Positions 1-12,952 are shown, counted from the stretch's first letter. The stretch: DNA of 64,000 nucleotides from Eledone cirrhosa (GCA_964016885.1 OZ024743.1:289850001-289914000); one strand, 5' to 3'. Notes: generated by a model not told the origin, from the letters alone. Program-made: numbers and translations.

Positions 1-516
1 CACATTCTGCGGGCCATGTCCTTTGCTGCTTATATGCGTGGTCCAGCTTATGTTGCTGTCCACGGTTACTCCCAAGTCTCTGATGTTGTTAGATGCCACG
101 AGAGTTTCCCCGGAGGGAAGGGAGTACGGGAGTTTCAGAGCATCCTCTTTTCCAAAGTGGATCAGTTCGAATTTGTCTTCGTTCAGTAACATGTTGTTCT
201 TTTCTGCCCATTGGGTAACAGCCAGTAGGTCTGACTGAAGGCTTATCCGGTCATCCACGCCATTGATGACCTTTTGGAGCTTGGAATCATCAGCGAAAAT
301 TTTAATGTTGCTGTGTTTGATGATGTCAGTGATGTCATTAATATAGATGATGAAGAGAAGTGGGCCCAACACAGTGCCTTGTGGAACCCCACTACTGACT
401 TTGGCTGGGCTTGATTTGACTCCCTCAACTACAACATGTTGGGTTCTGTTTGACAGGAAGCTCTTGATCCACTGCAGCAGCTTTCCAGTGACACCAATAT
501 TGGACAGCTTTCTCAG
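1..516 (-). mobile_element. CR1/L2-group LINE reverse transcriptase fragment, 5'-truncated at the (TA)n tract and running off the window start
   Basis: Manual minus-strand translation: ...[20 protein letters not shown]...[21 protein letters not shown]...[10 protein letters not shown]...[13 protein letters not shown]; RT motifs GVPQG and FADD. Confidence 0.9.
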
Positions 517-2833
<2,317 letters not shown>

Positions 2834-2881
2834 AACTACTCTGACGGTATACATATTTATTGATGACATTGTATTAAGAGA

Positions 2882-2917
2882 CTTTGAGGAGGCCATGTGG
2901 GTGAAACATTATGTAAG
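2882..2917 (+). ncRNA. Degenerate minimal hammerhead motif in a Penelope-type 3'-end remnant
   Basis: ct-TTGAGGA-ggcc atgt gggt-GAAA-cattatg-TA-ag; C3 is mutated; TA run starts about 60 nt downstream. Confidence 0.45.
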
Positions 2918-3094
2918 ATTTATATAAAGAACTTGTTTTAACGGCTAGTAAGACCTTTATTCATTCATTTGTTTATATATATATATTTATAAATAAATAT
3001 ACACGTGTGTGTATGATTGTGTATAGAAGATTATATTAATAAAAGAAATTCTAACATTGTCTGATTTACTCGTTTTATTTACAATCCTATAAAA

Positions 3095-3489
3095 CCATGT
3101 ACAGTATATGCATATATGTATTTGAAACGAAAGAATGGTATTTAACTAATGTAATGGTACGCGATGGCGCCCACCCACAGCCCCAGCGGACAGAATGGAG
3201 AAGCGTTTCCACGGAGGATGACAAGGGAGACGCGCTGGAAAAACAACTCCAACTCGTGCGGCTCACACCTACGGCTGGCCAGCTCAGCGCCTATGGTGGT
3301 GAGTAAGGAAGTAGCCCTGGGGCCGAGGACACCAGAAGTTACCACTGCCAGGGGAACGACCGCAAGCCTGTCGGACGGCGACCGGTATTTGAGGAGTTTG
3401 TCCCCCTCAGCCCGACGTGCAGCCGAACCTGGGTCAGTCGCAGACTGCACCAGGTTGCGGCTGCAGAAAGTGTCGGTGCAAGTGGGATC
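3095..3489 (-). mobile_element. 5'-truncated CRE-like non-LTR retrotransposon, restriction-like endonuclease C-terminus
   Basis: DPTCTDTF...GSAARRAEGDKLLKY...VPLAVVTSGVLGP...FFQRVSLVILRGNA matches the C-terminal REL pattern of CRE-clade elements; flanked by AAAA at 3091-3094 and 3490-3493. Confidence 0.8.
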
Positions 3490-3645
3490 AAAATGTATAA
3501 TGGTACTAGAATGAAATAGTATGGTAGAATATTAAATATTTAGTGTTAATTGAACAAGTACTGTCATGCTTTCGCAATCGTCAGGTTCATATTCTGTGGT
3601 GACAGTCAAGTGAAAATTGCAAACTTGACTGTCATCACAGAATGT

Positions 3646-3686
3646 GAACCTGAAGATTGCGAGCGAAAGCATGAAAGTACTTGTTC
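3646..3686 (+). ncRNA. Minimal type-I hammerhead ribozyme (inverted copy at 3552-3588, minus)
   Basis: gaac-CTGAAGA-ttgc..gcat-GAAA-gtac-TT-gttc; stem I gaac/gttc, palindromic stem III. Confidence 0.75.
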
Positions 3687-3798
3687 AATTAACACTAAAC
3701 ATTTAATATTCTACCATACTATTTAATTCTATACCATTATACATTTTAAAGGATTGTAAATAAAACGAGTAAATGAGACACAGTTGGAATTCCTTTTA

Positions 3799-3840
<42 letters not shown>

Positions 3841-3895
3841 AATTATATTTGGAAAAAAGCAAGCCAGATCAAGAAATTAACTATTTACATAGAAC

Positions 3896-3959
3896 TTCGC
3901 TACTGCAGTTTCGTTGAATAAACCTTTAAGCCCTGTAAAGTCCTCAATTCGTCTGAGAA
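3896..3959 (-). ncRNA. Hammerhead motif with CAGACGA (U4A) core and long stem II
   Basis: Minus strand: ttct-CAGACGA-attga ggacttta..taaaggtt..tcaac-GAAA-ctgcag-TA-gcgaa; stem I is weak; TA run about 60 nt downstream. Confidence 0.55.
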
Positions 3960-4027
3960 ATAATTCTCTTGAGGTATGCGCTACCAGCGATAATTATTAA
4001 TTATCATGTGATTTTACGGTCAACAGA

Positions 4028-4223
4028 GTGGCAGTGATATGTGAGCAATGGCAAGTAAAGGGGATGTTACAAGAATTAGTCTGGTTAGGCCAAATTTTAC
4101 ATATGAGGGAGTCCATTCAATGTCTTCTGTTACTCCCTTATGGTTGGGTAAAAAAAAATTTGGCCTAACCAGACTAATTCTTGTAGCAGCCCATTTCCTT
4201 TCCATTGTCCACATATCACTGCC
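4028..4223. repeat. Inverted-repeat element; a related single arm lies at about 28430-28570
   Basis: tggcagtgatatgtg...ctggttaggccaaattt versus aaatttggcctaaccag...cacatatcactgcca; possibly a strongly decayed HHR in the right arm. Confidence 0.7.
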
Positions 4224-4293
4224 ATTTTTTTTTCTCTCTCTCTTTCTATATATATATATATATGCACACACACACATATATCTATCTATCTAT

Positions 4294-4607
4294 CTAAGGC
4301 GGGTAAAATTCCCGAGATCCATGGACGAGTTCTCTCCAGCGGTCTCTGTCCCTCATTATCGCTGCCATATCCTGCATCTCCAACAGACCAGTGTCTGTCC
4401 TTAGGGCATCAACATATGTTAACCTTGGTCTTCCTCTTCTAGTGTGTCCATGTAGGGGCTCCCAAAGGAGCACTGAGTGCAATGTCAACTCTGGATGTCG
4501 GTGAGCATGTCCAGCCAACCTCAGTCTTCTCTGTGTCACTTTAGAGCTGACTTTTGGGATGCTCCCATACAGCTCTGAGTTTTTCATCCTCAGTGTATAC
4601 TGATTAA
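4294..4607 (-). mobile_element. RTE-like LINE 3' end, 5'-truncated, with (TAGA)n tail
   Basis: NQYTLRMKNSELYGSIPKVSSKVTQRRLRLAGHAHRHPE...RGRPRLTYVDALRTDTG...DRDRWR; typical RTE C-terminus. Confidence 0.88.
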
Positions 4608-4636
4608 ACATAAAAGAAATATGGACAGTCGATCTA

Positions 4637-4687
<51 letters not shown>

Positions 4688-4693
<6 letters not shown>

Positions 4694-5272
4694 TATTGAA
4701 GTTTGCTTGAACCATTGTGGAATAATAAGGTAAATTTCTTTAAGTCGTTTGGAAGCCTCGACAATGGAAATGGGTAAATCTCCGGGTAACAAGATCCGGT
4801 GGTGGAGAGAGAGATGTAAGTGGGTGTACGTTGAGATGCGTGGCGTGTATAAGACGTGTAGGGGAATGAAGGAAAGAGCATAAAGGATAAAATAAAAATA
4901 ACAACACTAGAGAGAGTTACCTTGGGAGAGATTTAATTGTCCCTATATATTTCGGATTCACATCCATCAACTGGGGTTTTTTTCCGGGGTGGGGGACACG
5001 TTGTCTGTCGGAAAGGTGCGAAACCCCCAGTTGATGGATGTGAATTCGAAATATATAGGGACAATTAAATCTCTCCCAAGGTAACTCTCTCTCGTGTGGT
5101 TATTTTTATTTTATCCTTTATGCTCTTTGCTACATTCCTCTACACGTCTTATAAACGCCACGCATCTCAACGTACACCCACTTACATCTCTCTCTCCACC
5201 ACCGGATCTTGTTACCCGGAGATTTACCTATTTGCATTGTCGAGGCTTCCAAACGACTTAAAGAAATTTACC
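4688..5272. mobile_element. Long inverted-repeat pLTR-type remnant with HHR-like motifs (4941-4976 minus, 5025-5060 plus)
   Basis: 4729-4978 is the reverse complement of about 5022-5272; motif ccc-CAGTTGA-t-ggat gtga atcc-GAAA-tata-TA-ggg; TA runs on both sides. Confidence 0.75.
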
Positions 5273-5314
5273 ATATATGTATATGTATATATATGTTTAT
5301 ATATATATATTTAT

Positions 5315-6335
5315 AGGGCGGGTAAAATTCCCGAGATCCATGGACGAGTTCTCTCCAGCGGTTTCTGTCCCTCATTATCGCTACCATGTCCTGCGTCTCC
5401 AACAGACCAGTGTCTGTCCTTAGGGCATCAATATACGTTAACCTTGGTCTTCCTCTTCCAGTGTGTCCATATAGGGGATCCCTCAGGAGCACTGAGTGCA
5501 ATGTCAACTCTGGATGTCGGTGAGCATGTCCAGCTAACCTCAATCTCCTCTGTGTCACTTTCGAGCTGACTTTTGGGAGGCTCCCATACAGCTATGAGTT
5601 TTTCATCCTCAGGGTATACTGATGAAGATCTTACAGGCTTATGGAATCCCCAAGAAGATAGTGGACCTGATATCACTGCTCTACACCAACACCAAAGTCT
5701 TTACACCTGATAGGATGACAGAGTTCTTTGAAATACTGGCTGGAGTCCTCCATGGAGATACATTGGTTCCCTACCTATTTATCATCGTAGTAGACTTTTG
5801 TATTCGTCTAACACTGGAGAAACACCAGGACTCTGGCTTTACTGTAGCACCGGCTCAGAGCAAGAGAGTTAAGGCGAAAAAGATATCGGATGCTGAATTT
5901 GCCGAGGACAAAGTTTTGGTGACAAATACAGCGAAGGAGGAAGATGATTTGATGCAGGAGTTTGAGACTGTGTCGATGAGTGTGGGGCTGAGAATGAATG
6001 AGACTAAAAAAAAATATCTGGTAGAGAATGTTGAGAAGCCAGAGGGGATCACTAATGTAGGCGGGAAGACTTCCCGTATTTGGGAGCAAAGATTGGGAAT
6101 ACGGAAGATGATGTGGTTGAGAGGAAGACCAAGGCCTGGATGGTGTGCCACAGCTTGAGATCGGTGTGGAAGTCGGACCTTCGTAAAGACATGAAAATCC
6201 GCCTCTTCTTTGCTGTAGTGGAATATGTGCTGCTGTACGGGTCTGAGACATGGACACTGACCAAGAAACTCACTCAGATGGTGGATGGCTGCTACACGCG
6301 AATGCTGAGGATGGCTCTGAGCATTAATCAGTATA
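5315..6335. mobile_element. RTE-like LINE with 5' inversion (3' part 5315-5621 minus; RT part 5619-6335 plus)
   Basis: Plus part: KILQAYGIP...GVLHGDTLVPYLFIIVVD...EFAED...[11 protein letters not shown]...RMALSINQY. Minus part resumes QYTLRMKNS...RRLRLAGH. Frameshifts and stops present. Confidence 0.88.
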
Positions 6336-6630
<295 letters not shown>

Positions 6631-6668
6631 GAAATATAAGAATCAAAGAACTGTTCAAAACATTATTG

Positions 6669-6715
6669 TGCTTACAGCTGTTTCCTCCAAACCGAGGTTT
6701 GGATTCTTCGGAGCA
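6669..6715 (-). ncRNA. Minimal hammerhead ribozyme of the 3' pLTR, CCGAAGA (U4C) core
   Basis: tgct-CCGAAGA-a-tccaaac ctcg gtttgga-g-GAAA-cagctg-TA-agca; perfect stems I and II, palindromic stem III. Confidence 0.85.
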
Positions 6716-8158
6716 ATTTATTAATGCATGGACAGTTATATGACCTCCTTTTCAGCCGAGAGACATACCAATACATATTCAAACATTGATACATATTCAA
6801 ACATTGTGGGTCAACATTCATTACAAAATTTAGAGTGGCAGTACACACTTCGAGATTACATTTATATTAATAGGTACAATCAAAAATCAAAGATATAGGT
6901 TAAAGTACAACATGAAGATAAGTGGTTATATAGTGCAAATGTTATATGTGTGGCACGCATGTGCGTCTTGTTTATATAGTGTGGCAGAGAGATATGTGTG
7001 GTAGAGGCACTTAGGTAGGTAAATAAGAGTGTTAGGTTGGTAGATCTGGTGGCAAAGTCTTTATATGATTGATGTAGTCTGTGTGTGGAGAAATATTATA
7101 AACATTAAAGATAGTGCAAGCATTAAAAGTGTTATAAGTGTTGGAGATGCACAACGCAGGGATGTCACGTAATTCATGTACTTCGGCATATTCATGGTCA
7201 AGGGAGTGTATATTTCGATTATATGCCTTTCACATAATCCACGACAATCCAGTTAGAGATCGTAGTCTGGTGTTCCTTAGTTCGATACAGGAGGTTGTTA
7301 CGTTTCGAGAGACGCCATTGAATACCGGAAGTGTGTGTGTGGCTAAGGGGAGTTAATGCATGCGGGGAGGTAACTCTGGGGTTTCTATATCTAGCCATTA
7401 AAATGTGTCCCAATATGGACCCTAAATTCTATGGTGAGGTGCACCTTCCAAGAGAGACTTTTAAAGCATAAAGTGTACTAACTATAGAGTAGTTTAACTA
7501 AATTATGCTGAAGGAGATCATATTATTATTAAGGTGGATTAACCCATCTTAAGGTGCTACAAATGGAAATTATAGATGATGAGCGAGGATTCTAAATTAA
7601 TGATCTCTGTGGTTGTAGTCTGCTCATATGACCAGGCGCGGTGATTGCAGGATTGCTTCAGGACCCAATGATCTCTGGTAAGATCTGGGTCATCGCTTGC
7701 TACATTGGATGTCGAAAGATAATCGTCCCCAGGCAGGCCAAAGGTCAATCCGCAGTCCTCGCGACCCCTCTCTGACCGTCAGATCATCCATATACGTACA
7801 ACCCGCACGGCAGTTGCATTGCATTCACTCACTGCGCTCAGCAGCCCGGTCCTACTGGTCAACAGCGCTACTCGATTAAATCATTTTACATCTGTCTAAG
7901 GAAGGTGTTTCCTCTGCCCAACACCATCCAACCGATCGATTCATGCTCAAATTACCCTTAGAGCGGTGTAGTGCCGTCCAGGTGGGTGGATGTTGTCACA
8001 CCTGCCGTAGAGGTATAAATGGGTATTTTCCCTGCGAAGGGTTCCAGAGGGATGTCGTTGTTTGTGTTATAATGGATCAGCTAGTGTTGGGTATATAGTA
8101 TAGGGTGTGTCTCTGGTGTTTGATGCTAGATGTGGTGTTAGGTTCCAGTCCGACATTG

Positions 8159-10618
8159 CTATATATAGGGCTTAAAGTTTTGGAAGGAATGTCTGAGGCG
8201 GTGCTGGCAAGTTGCAAACACCTCAGATTTTTTGTTAAGTAGGTTACGGTTGGAGAAGATAATATTGTGTGTCTCTAGTATACAGAGGTTACAGAATTTA
8301 TTAGGTGGTTTGTACGAGGTCGCTCTGCCTATCACTTCCCATTTGAGTGTGTATGGTTTATTTTTAGATTTTAGATAGTGTATGTAGCTAGAAAGTGAGG
8401 TGGAGTTGGCTAGGCTGTGCTTTTTGAACGAGTGGATGTGCGAGTTATATCTAATTTTGAAGCAGTTAGAAGTGGAGCCTACATAGGTTTCTGAAGAGTT
8501 ATTAGTCGTGACTGTGCATGAGTATATGACATCCTTGGTTAGGCATTTTTTATCTAAAGGGCAGGTTCTATTAGCTCTACAGTTACAATTATTCTGTGCG
8601 TTAGTCCGCTGGTTATAATGCAATGCGGAAGTCTGTGTGGTGGATATAGGATTTTGGGTGTTCAGGTTGACAACCCTGGTGTTATTACTTATACTAGTGT
8701 TATTTCTATTGTTACTGCCGTTGCTATTGTTGCTTGCTACAGTGGTATTTAGAGGGTTTGCATCCCGTTGTGATTTTGTTTGTTGGAAGTAAGAACTAAT
8801 TTTACTATTATTGCTGCTAGCTATGTGGTATGCTAAGTTAGGCGTCGTAGAGTATGAGATTTTAATGGTGTTTTTGTTTAAGAGGTTGTGGTACTTGTGT
8901 CCTAGAGGGAAGTTTTTATCTAGTAGTGAGAAGAAAGCCCTAGGTATGTTGGTGGAGACATTTAGGTTGAAAGGAGGGTTGAAAAATGTATTATTTCTTC
9001 TTCTATTTTTGCTTTTAGTGTTTGGTGTGTTGCTTCCTCCTAAGGCCTCACAGTAGTTTCCATGGTAATGGTTACTTCCGGTGGCACCCTCCGCTTTGGT
9101 GTACTTGTGGTTGCTATTCCTATTATTAGATTTCCTCATGGACATGTTGTGCGAGATGATGTTGTAGCTATGTGTTTTCTTAGGTAGGAACTCTATTTCT
9201 ATATTATGGCCGGAGCTAGCTAATGCTTGATTGTAATATTGTGAGTTTTTGCTAAATATGTTTGCGTCATAGGACAGACTAGAGATTCTATTGGACACCC
9301 CCTTAGAGATAGAGTTTAATATTGATCTAGGGTGATTAGACTTGGTATCTACGTAAATAAGTTTCTCATTAGGCTTATGGAAAGGTGTATATATTTTTGA
9401 GTCTAGGTATAGTGTGGCGTCTAGGAAGTTAACATTTTTAGTGTTTTTGTCCATGGTGATACTAAGGTTAAAGTTTTTGAATGTCTTATGCAGTTGTTTT
9501 CTAGTTCTTTCTATATTAAATTTTTTATATTCTATGAGTAGAAGTGCATCATCGCGGTACAAACCACCGTTGAGGTAAGGGAGGTCTTTATGGATTTCAT
9601 TGAGGAGGTATAGGCCGACCAAATCAGTGACCTGCGCCGAGTCACTAGATCCCATGGTTATGTCGAAGTTGTTGTGCGTATCCTTGCGTGTCCATAGTTG
9701 GTCCTCGAAGGTGATTATGGTTTTACGGGCCGCAAGGATGACATCAACCTGGGCTCTAGTCAGGTCGCTATTGGTCATGGCCATGATAAGTGCCTTATTT
9801 AATAGGATAGGGGAAATAGAGGTGTAGTATGAATTGATATCAAATTGAATAAATTTTTTGTTCTTATTATTCTTGATATCCTTAAACCATTCAATTACTT
9901 CACCCGTATTTCCCCATTGTTTAAGGTGTATCTTGTGTTTAATTTGTGGGATGATTTTATCCAAAATCTTCTTGCTGATAATACCAATGTCGGACTTGGA
10001 AGGGCAGATAAGTCTTATCGTGGGGTTGCTGATGAAGTTCTCCTTATGGTCCTTCAGAGAGAATCTAGGGGGGTTCGGAGTGAAAGGTTGTGTATGCCTC
10101 TGTAGTCCTAGTTTAGACACTATATTATAACCCTCTACATTAATATCTTCTAAGTTTTTCAAGGTGGTTTTTTTGTAGCTTTTATGTAGTTCATTATATA
10201 TAAACTTTCTATAAGTAATATAATCTAGGCTGTATATGTTATTAGTTTTATCTGCGTGTACAATAATTTTATTACTAGTTTTGAATCCACTAATAGAAGT
10301 GTTAAGTTTGTTTAAGAAGGTGTTGCTTCTAATATGGTGCTTATTGTATTTAATGTTCTTAACTAGTTTAACTAGGTCATTTTCAAAGGAGTTAAGTAGA
10401 GTGTTATGAGGGGGGCTTTTAAAGGTTTTAAAGCCGAAGGAGTCAAAATTGTTAGTATTATTCAAGTTGTTAGATTTGTTTCTATCATAATGGAATGTCC
10501 TCCATCTCACTCTATTGATAAATGAATTTACACTGTTGATCAGCAATTTCTCATATGTATTCCTGGATGGTATTGGGATGTTCTTGGTCGACATGGGGAG
10601 TTGGTCTTTGATTAGCAT
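8159..10618 (-). CDS. Penelope-like reverse transcriptase + GIY-YIG endonuclease (Naiad-type), 819 aa, uninterrupted
   Basis: ADKTNNIY, KDHK..F..NP..RLI.P.KS, FIQFDI.SYY.SI, ITMGSSDSAQVTDLVGLY, GLYRDD, NFLD, SNHP, FNPPF, CNCR..CPL..KC, VIY..YVGST..FK.RYNSH, CNLC..E, LLNKKSE..CQH. Confidence 0.95.
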   Translation of the reverse strand: MLIKDQLPMSTKNIPIPSRNTYEKLLINSVNSFINRVRWRTFHYDRNKSNNLNNTNNFDSFGFKTFKSPPHNTLLNSFENDLVKLVKNIKYNKHHIRSNTFLNKLNTSISGFKTSNKIIVHADKTNNIYSLDYITYRKFIYNELHKSYKKTTLKNLEDINVEGYNIVSKLGLQRHTQPFTPNPPRFSLKDHKENFISNPTIRLICPSKSDIGIISKKILDKIIPQIKHKIHLKQWGNTGEVIEWFKDIKNNKNKKFIQFDINSYYTSISPILLNKALIMAMTNSDLTRAQVDVILAARKTIITFEDQLWTRKDTHNNFDITMGSSDSAQVTDLVGLYLLNEIHKDLPYLNGGLYRDDALLLIEYKKFNIERTRKQLHKTFKNFNLSITMDKNTKNVNFLDATLYLDSKIYTPFHKPNEKLIYVDTKSNHPRSILNSISKGVSNRISSLSYDANIFSKNSQYYNQALASSGHNIEIEFLPKKTHSYNIISHNMSMRKSNNRNSNHKYTKAEGATGSNHYHGNYCEALGGSNTPNTKSKNRRRNNTFFNPPFNLNVSTNIPRAFFSLLDKNFPLGHKYHNLLNKNTIKISYSTTPNLAYHIASSNNSKISSYFQQTKSQRDANPLNTTVASNNSNGSNNRNNTSISNNTRVVNLNTQNPISTTQTSALHYNQRTNAQNNCNCRANRTCPLDKKCLTKDVIYSCTVTTNNSSETYVGSTSNCFKIRYNSHIHSFKKHSLANSTSLSSYIHYLKSKNKPYTLKWEVIGRATSYKPPNKFCNLCILETHNIIFSNRNLLNKKSEVFATCQHRLRHSFQNFKPYI

Positions 10619-10867
10619 ATTGGCAATATTATATGTCAGCTCAACGATATGGAGCAGTTAATAGTATTAGTTATACTATTTATGGTTATGTAAACACAAA
10701 ACCTTAAGCAGTTGTAAGTATTTTACACACACCCTAAATAGTGGTAGGCAGTAATGTATTACTACCTTATTACCAGTAAGTTAAGTAGCTCAATGTAAAA
10801 ACATCAGATGATTTACAGAGCAGTTATATGAAATATAAGAATCAAAGAACTGTTCAAAACATTATTG

Positions 10868-10914
10868 TGCTTACAGCTGTTTCCTCCAAACCGAGGTTTG
10901 GATTCTTCGGAGCA
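10868..10914 (-). ncRNA. Minimal hammerhead ribozyme of the upstream pLTR (identical to 6669-6715)
   Basis: Same sequence at offset 4199, about 250 nt upstream of the ORF ATG. Confidence 0.85.
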
Positions 10915-12357
10915 ATTTATTAATGCATGGACAGTTATATGACCTCCTTTTCAGCCGAGAGACATACCAATACATATTCAAACATTGATACATATTCAAA
11001 CATTGTGGATCAACATTCATTACAAAATTTAGAGTGGCAGTACACACTTCGAGATTACATTTATATTAATAGGTACAATCAAAAATCAAAGATATAGGTT
11101 AAAGTACAACATGAAGATAAGTGGTTATATAGTGCAAATGTTATATGTGTGGCACGCATGTGCGTCTTGTTTATATAGTGTGGCAGAGAGATATGTGTGG
11201 TAGAGGCACTTAGGTAGGTAAATAAGAGTGTTAGGTTGGTAGATCTGGTGGCAAAGTCTTTATATGATTGATGTAGTCTGTGTGTGGAGAAATATTATAA
11301 ACATTAAAGATAGTGCAAGCATTAAAAGTGTTATAAGTGTTGGAGATGCACAACGCAGGGATGTCACGTAATTCATGTACTTCGGCATATTCATGGTCAA
11401 GGGAGTGTATATTTCGATTATATGCCTTTCACATAATCCACGACAATCCAGTTAGAGATCGTAGTCTGGTGTTCCTTAGTTCGATACAGGAGGTTGTTAC
11501 GTTTCGAGAGACGCCATTGAATACCGGAAGTGTGTGTGTGGCTAAGGGGAGTTAATGCATGCGGGGAGGTAACTCTGGGGTTTCTATATCTAGCCATTAA
11601 AATGTGTCCCAATATGGACCCTAAATTCTATGGTGAGGTGCACCTTCCAAGGGTGACTTTTAAAGCATAAAGTGTACTAACTATAGAGTAGTTTAACTAA
11701 ATTATGCTGAAGGAGATCATATTATTATTAAGGTGGATTAACCCATCTTAAGGTGCTACAAATGGAAATTATAGATGATGAGCGAGGATTCTAAATTAAT
11801 GATCTCTGTGGTTGTAGTCTGCTCATATGACCAGGCGCGGTGATTGCAGGATTGCTTCAGGACCCAATGATCTCTGGTAAGATCTGGGTCATCGCTTGCT
11901 ACATTGGATGTCGAAAGATAATCGTCCCCAGGCAGGCCAAAGGTCAATCCGCAGTCCTCGCGACCCCTCTCTGACCGTCAGATCATCCATATACGTACAA
12001 CCCGCACGGCAGTTGCATTGCATTCACTCACTGCGCTCAGCAGCCCGGTCCTACTGGTCAACAGCGCTACTCGATTAAATCATTTTACATCTGTCTAAGG
12101 AAGGTGTTTCCTCTGCCCAACACCATCCAACCGATCGATTCATGCTCAAATTACCCTTAGAGCGGTGTAGTGCCGTCCAGGTGGGTGGATGTTGTCACAC
12201 CTGCCGTAGAGGTATAAATGGGTATTTTCCCTGCGAAGGGTTCCAGAGGGATGTCGTTGTTTGTGTTATAATGGATCAGCTAGTGTTGGGTATATAGTAT
12301 AGGGTGTGTCTCTGGTGTTTGATGCTAGATGTGGTGTTAGGTTCCAGTCCGACATTG

Positions 12358-12952
12358 CTATATATAGGGCTTAAAGTTTTGGAAGGAATGTCTGAGGCGG
12401 TGCTGGCAAGTTGCAAACACCTCAGATTTTTTGTTAAGTAGGTTACGGTTGGAGAAGATAATATTGTGTGTCTCTAGTATACAGAGGTTACAGAATTTAT
12501 TAGGTGGTTTGTACGAGGTCGCTCTGCCTATCACTTCCCATTTGAGTGTGTATGGTTTATTTTTAGATTTTAGATAGTGTATGTAGCTAGAAAGTGAGGT
12601 GGAGTTGGCTAGGCTGTGCTTTTTGAACGAGTGGATGTGCGAGTTATATCTAATTTTGAAGCAGTTAGAAGTGGAGCCTACATAGGTTTCTGAAGAGTTA
12701 TTAGTCGTGACTGTGCATGAGTATATGACATCCTTGGTTAGGCATTTTTTATCTAAAGGGCAGGTTCTATTAGCTCTACAGTTACAATTATTCTGTGCGT
12801 TAGTCCGCTGGTTATAATGCAATGCGGAAGTCTGTGTGGTGGATATAGGATTTTGGGTGTTCAGGTTGACAACCCTGGTGTTATTACTTATACTAGTGTT
12901 ATTTCTATTGTTACTGCCGTTGCTATTGTTGCTTGCTACAGTGGTATTTAGA
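12358..12952 (-). pseudogene. Duplicated GIY-YIG C-terminal part of the ORF within the upstream pLTR
   Basis: [10 protein letters not shown]...FQNFKPYI is identical to the C-terminus of the 819-aa ORF; truncated at (TA)n. Confidence 0.9.

Larger units (their letters stand above)
3038..3800. mobile_element. Inverted-repeat Penelope-type pLTR remnant; left arm interrupted by a CRE-like insertion
   Basis: 3038-3094 plus 3490-3610 is the diverged reverse complement of 3624-3800; one HHR per arm; TA run at the right end. Confidence 0.8.
6631..12952 (-). mobile_element. Young Penelope-like retroelement (Naiad-type), partial tandem with 2123-bp direct pseudo-LTRs
   Basis: 6631-8753 is repeated at 10830-12952 (offset 4199; I saw only three mismatches, near 6810 and 7453-7455); intact ORF; HHR in each repeat; (TA)n on both sides; no discrete TSD. 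Confidence 0.95.

Noticed and set aside
7138-7879. Short ORFs (60-72 aa) in the pLTR, duplicated at 11337-12078
   Set aside because: No recognisable motifs, mostly non-ATG starts; duplicated only because the pLTR is.
8159-10618. Selenoprotein recoding (UGA plus SECIS) reported for some Naiad elements
   Set aside because: The ORF has no in-frame TGA, the conserved cysteines are ordinary Cys codons, and I could not identify a SECIS by eye.
6631-12952. LTR retrotransposon or simple assembly duplication
   Set aside because: No TG..CA ends, PBS, gag or integrase; the repeat includes the ORF 3' end and has a few mismatches, as expected for Penelope partial tandems.
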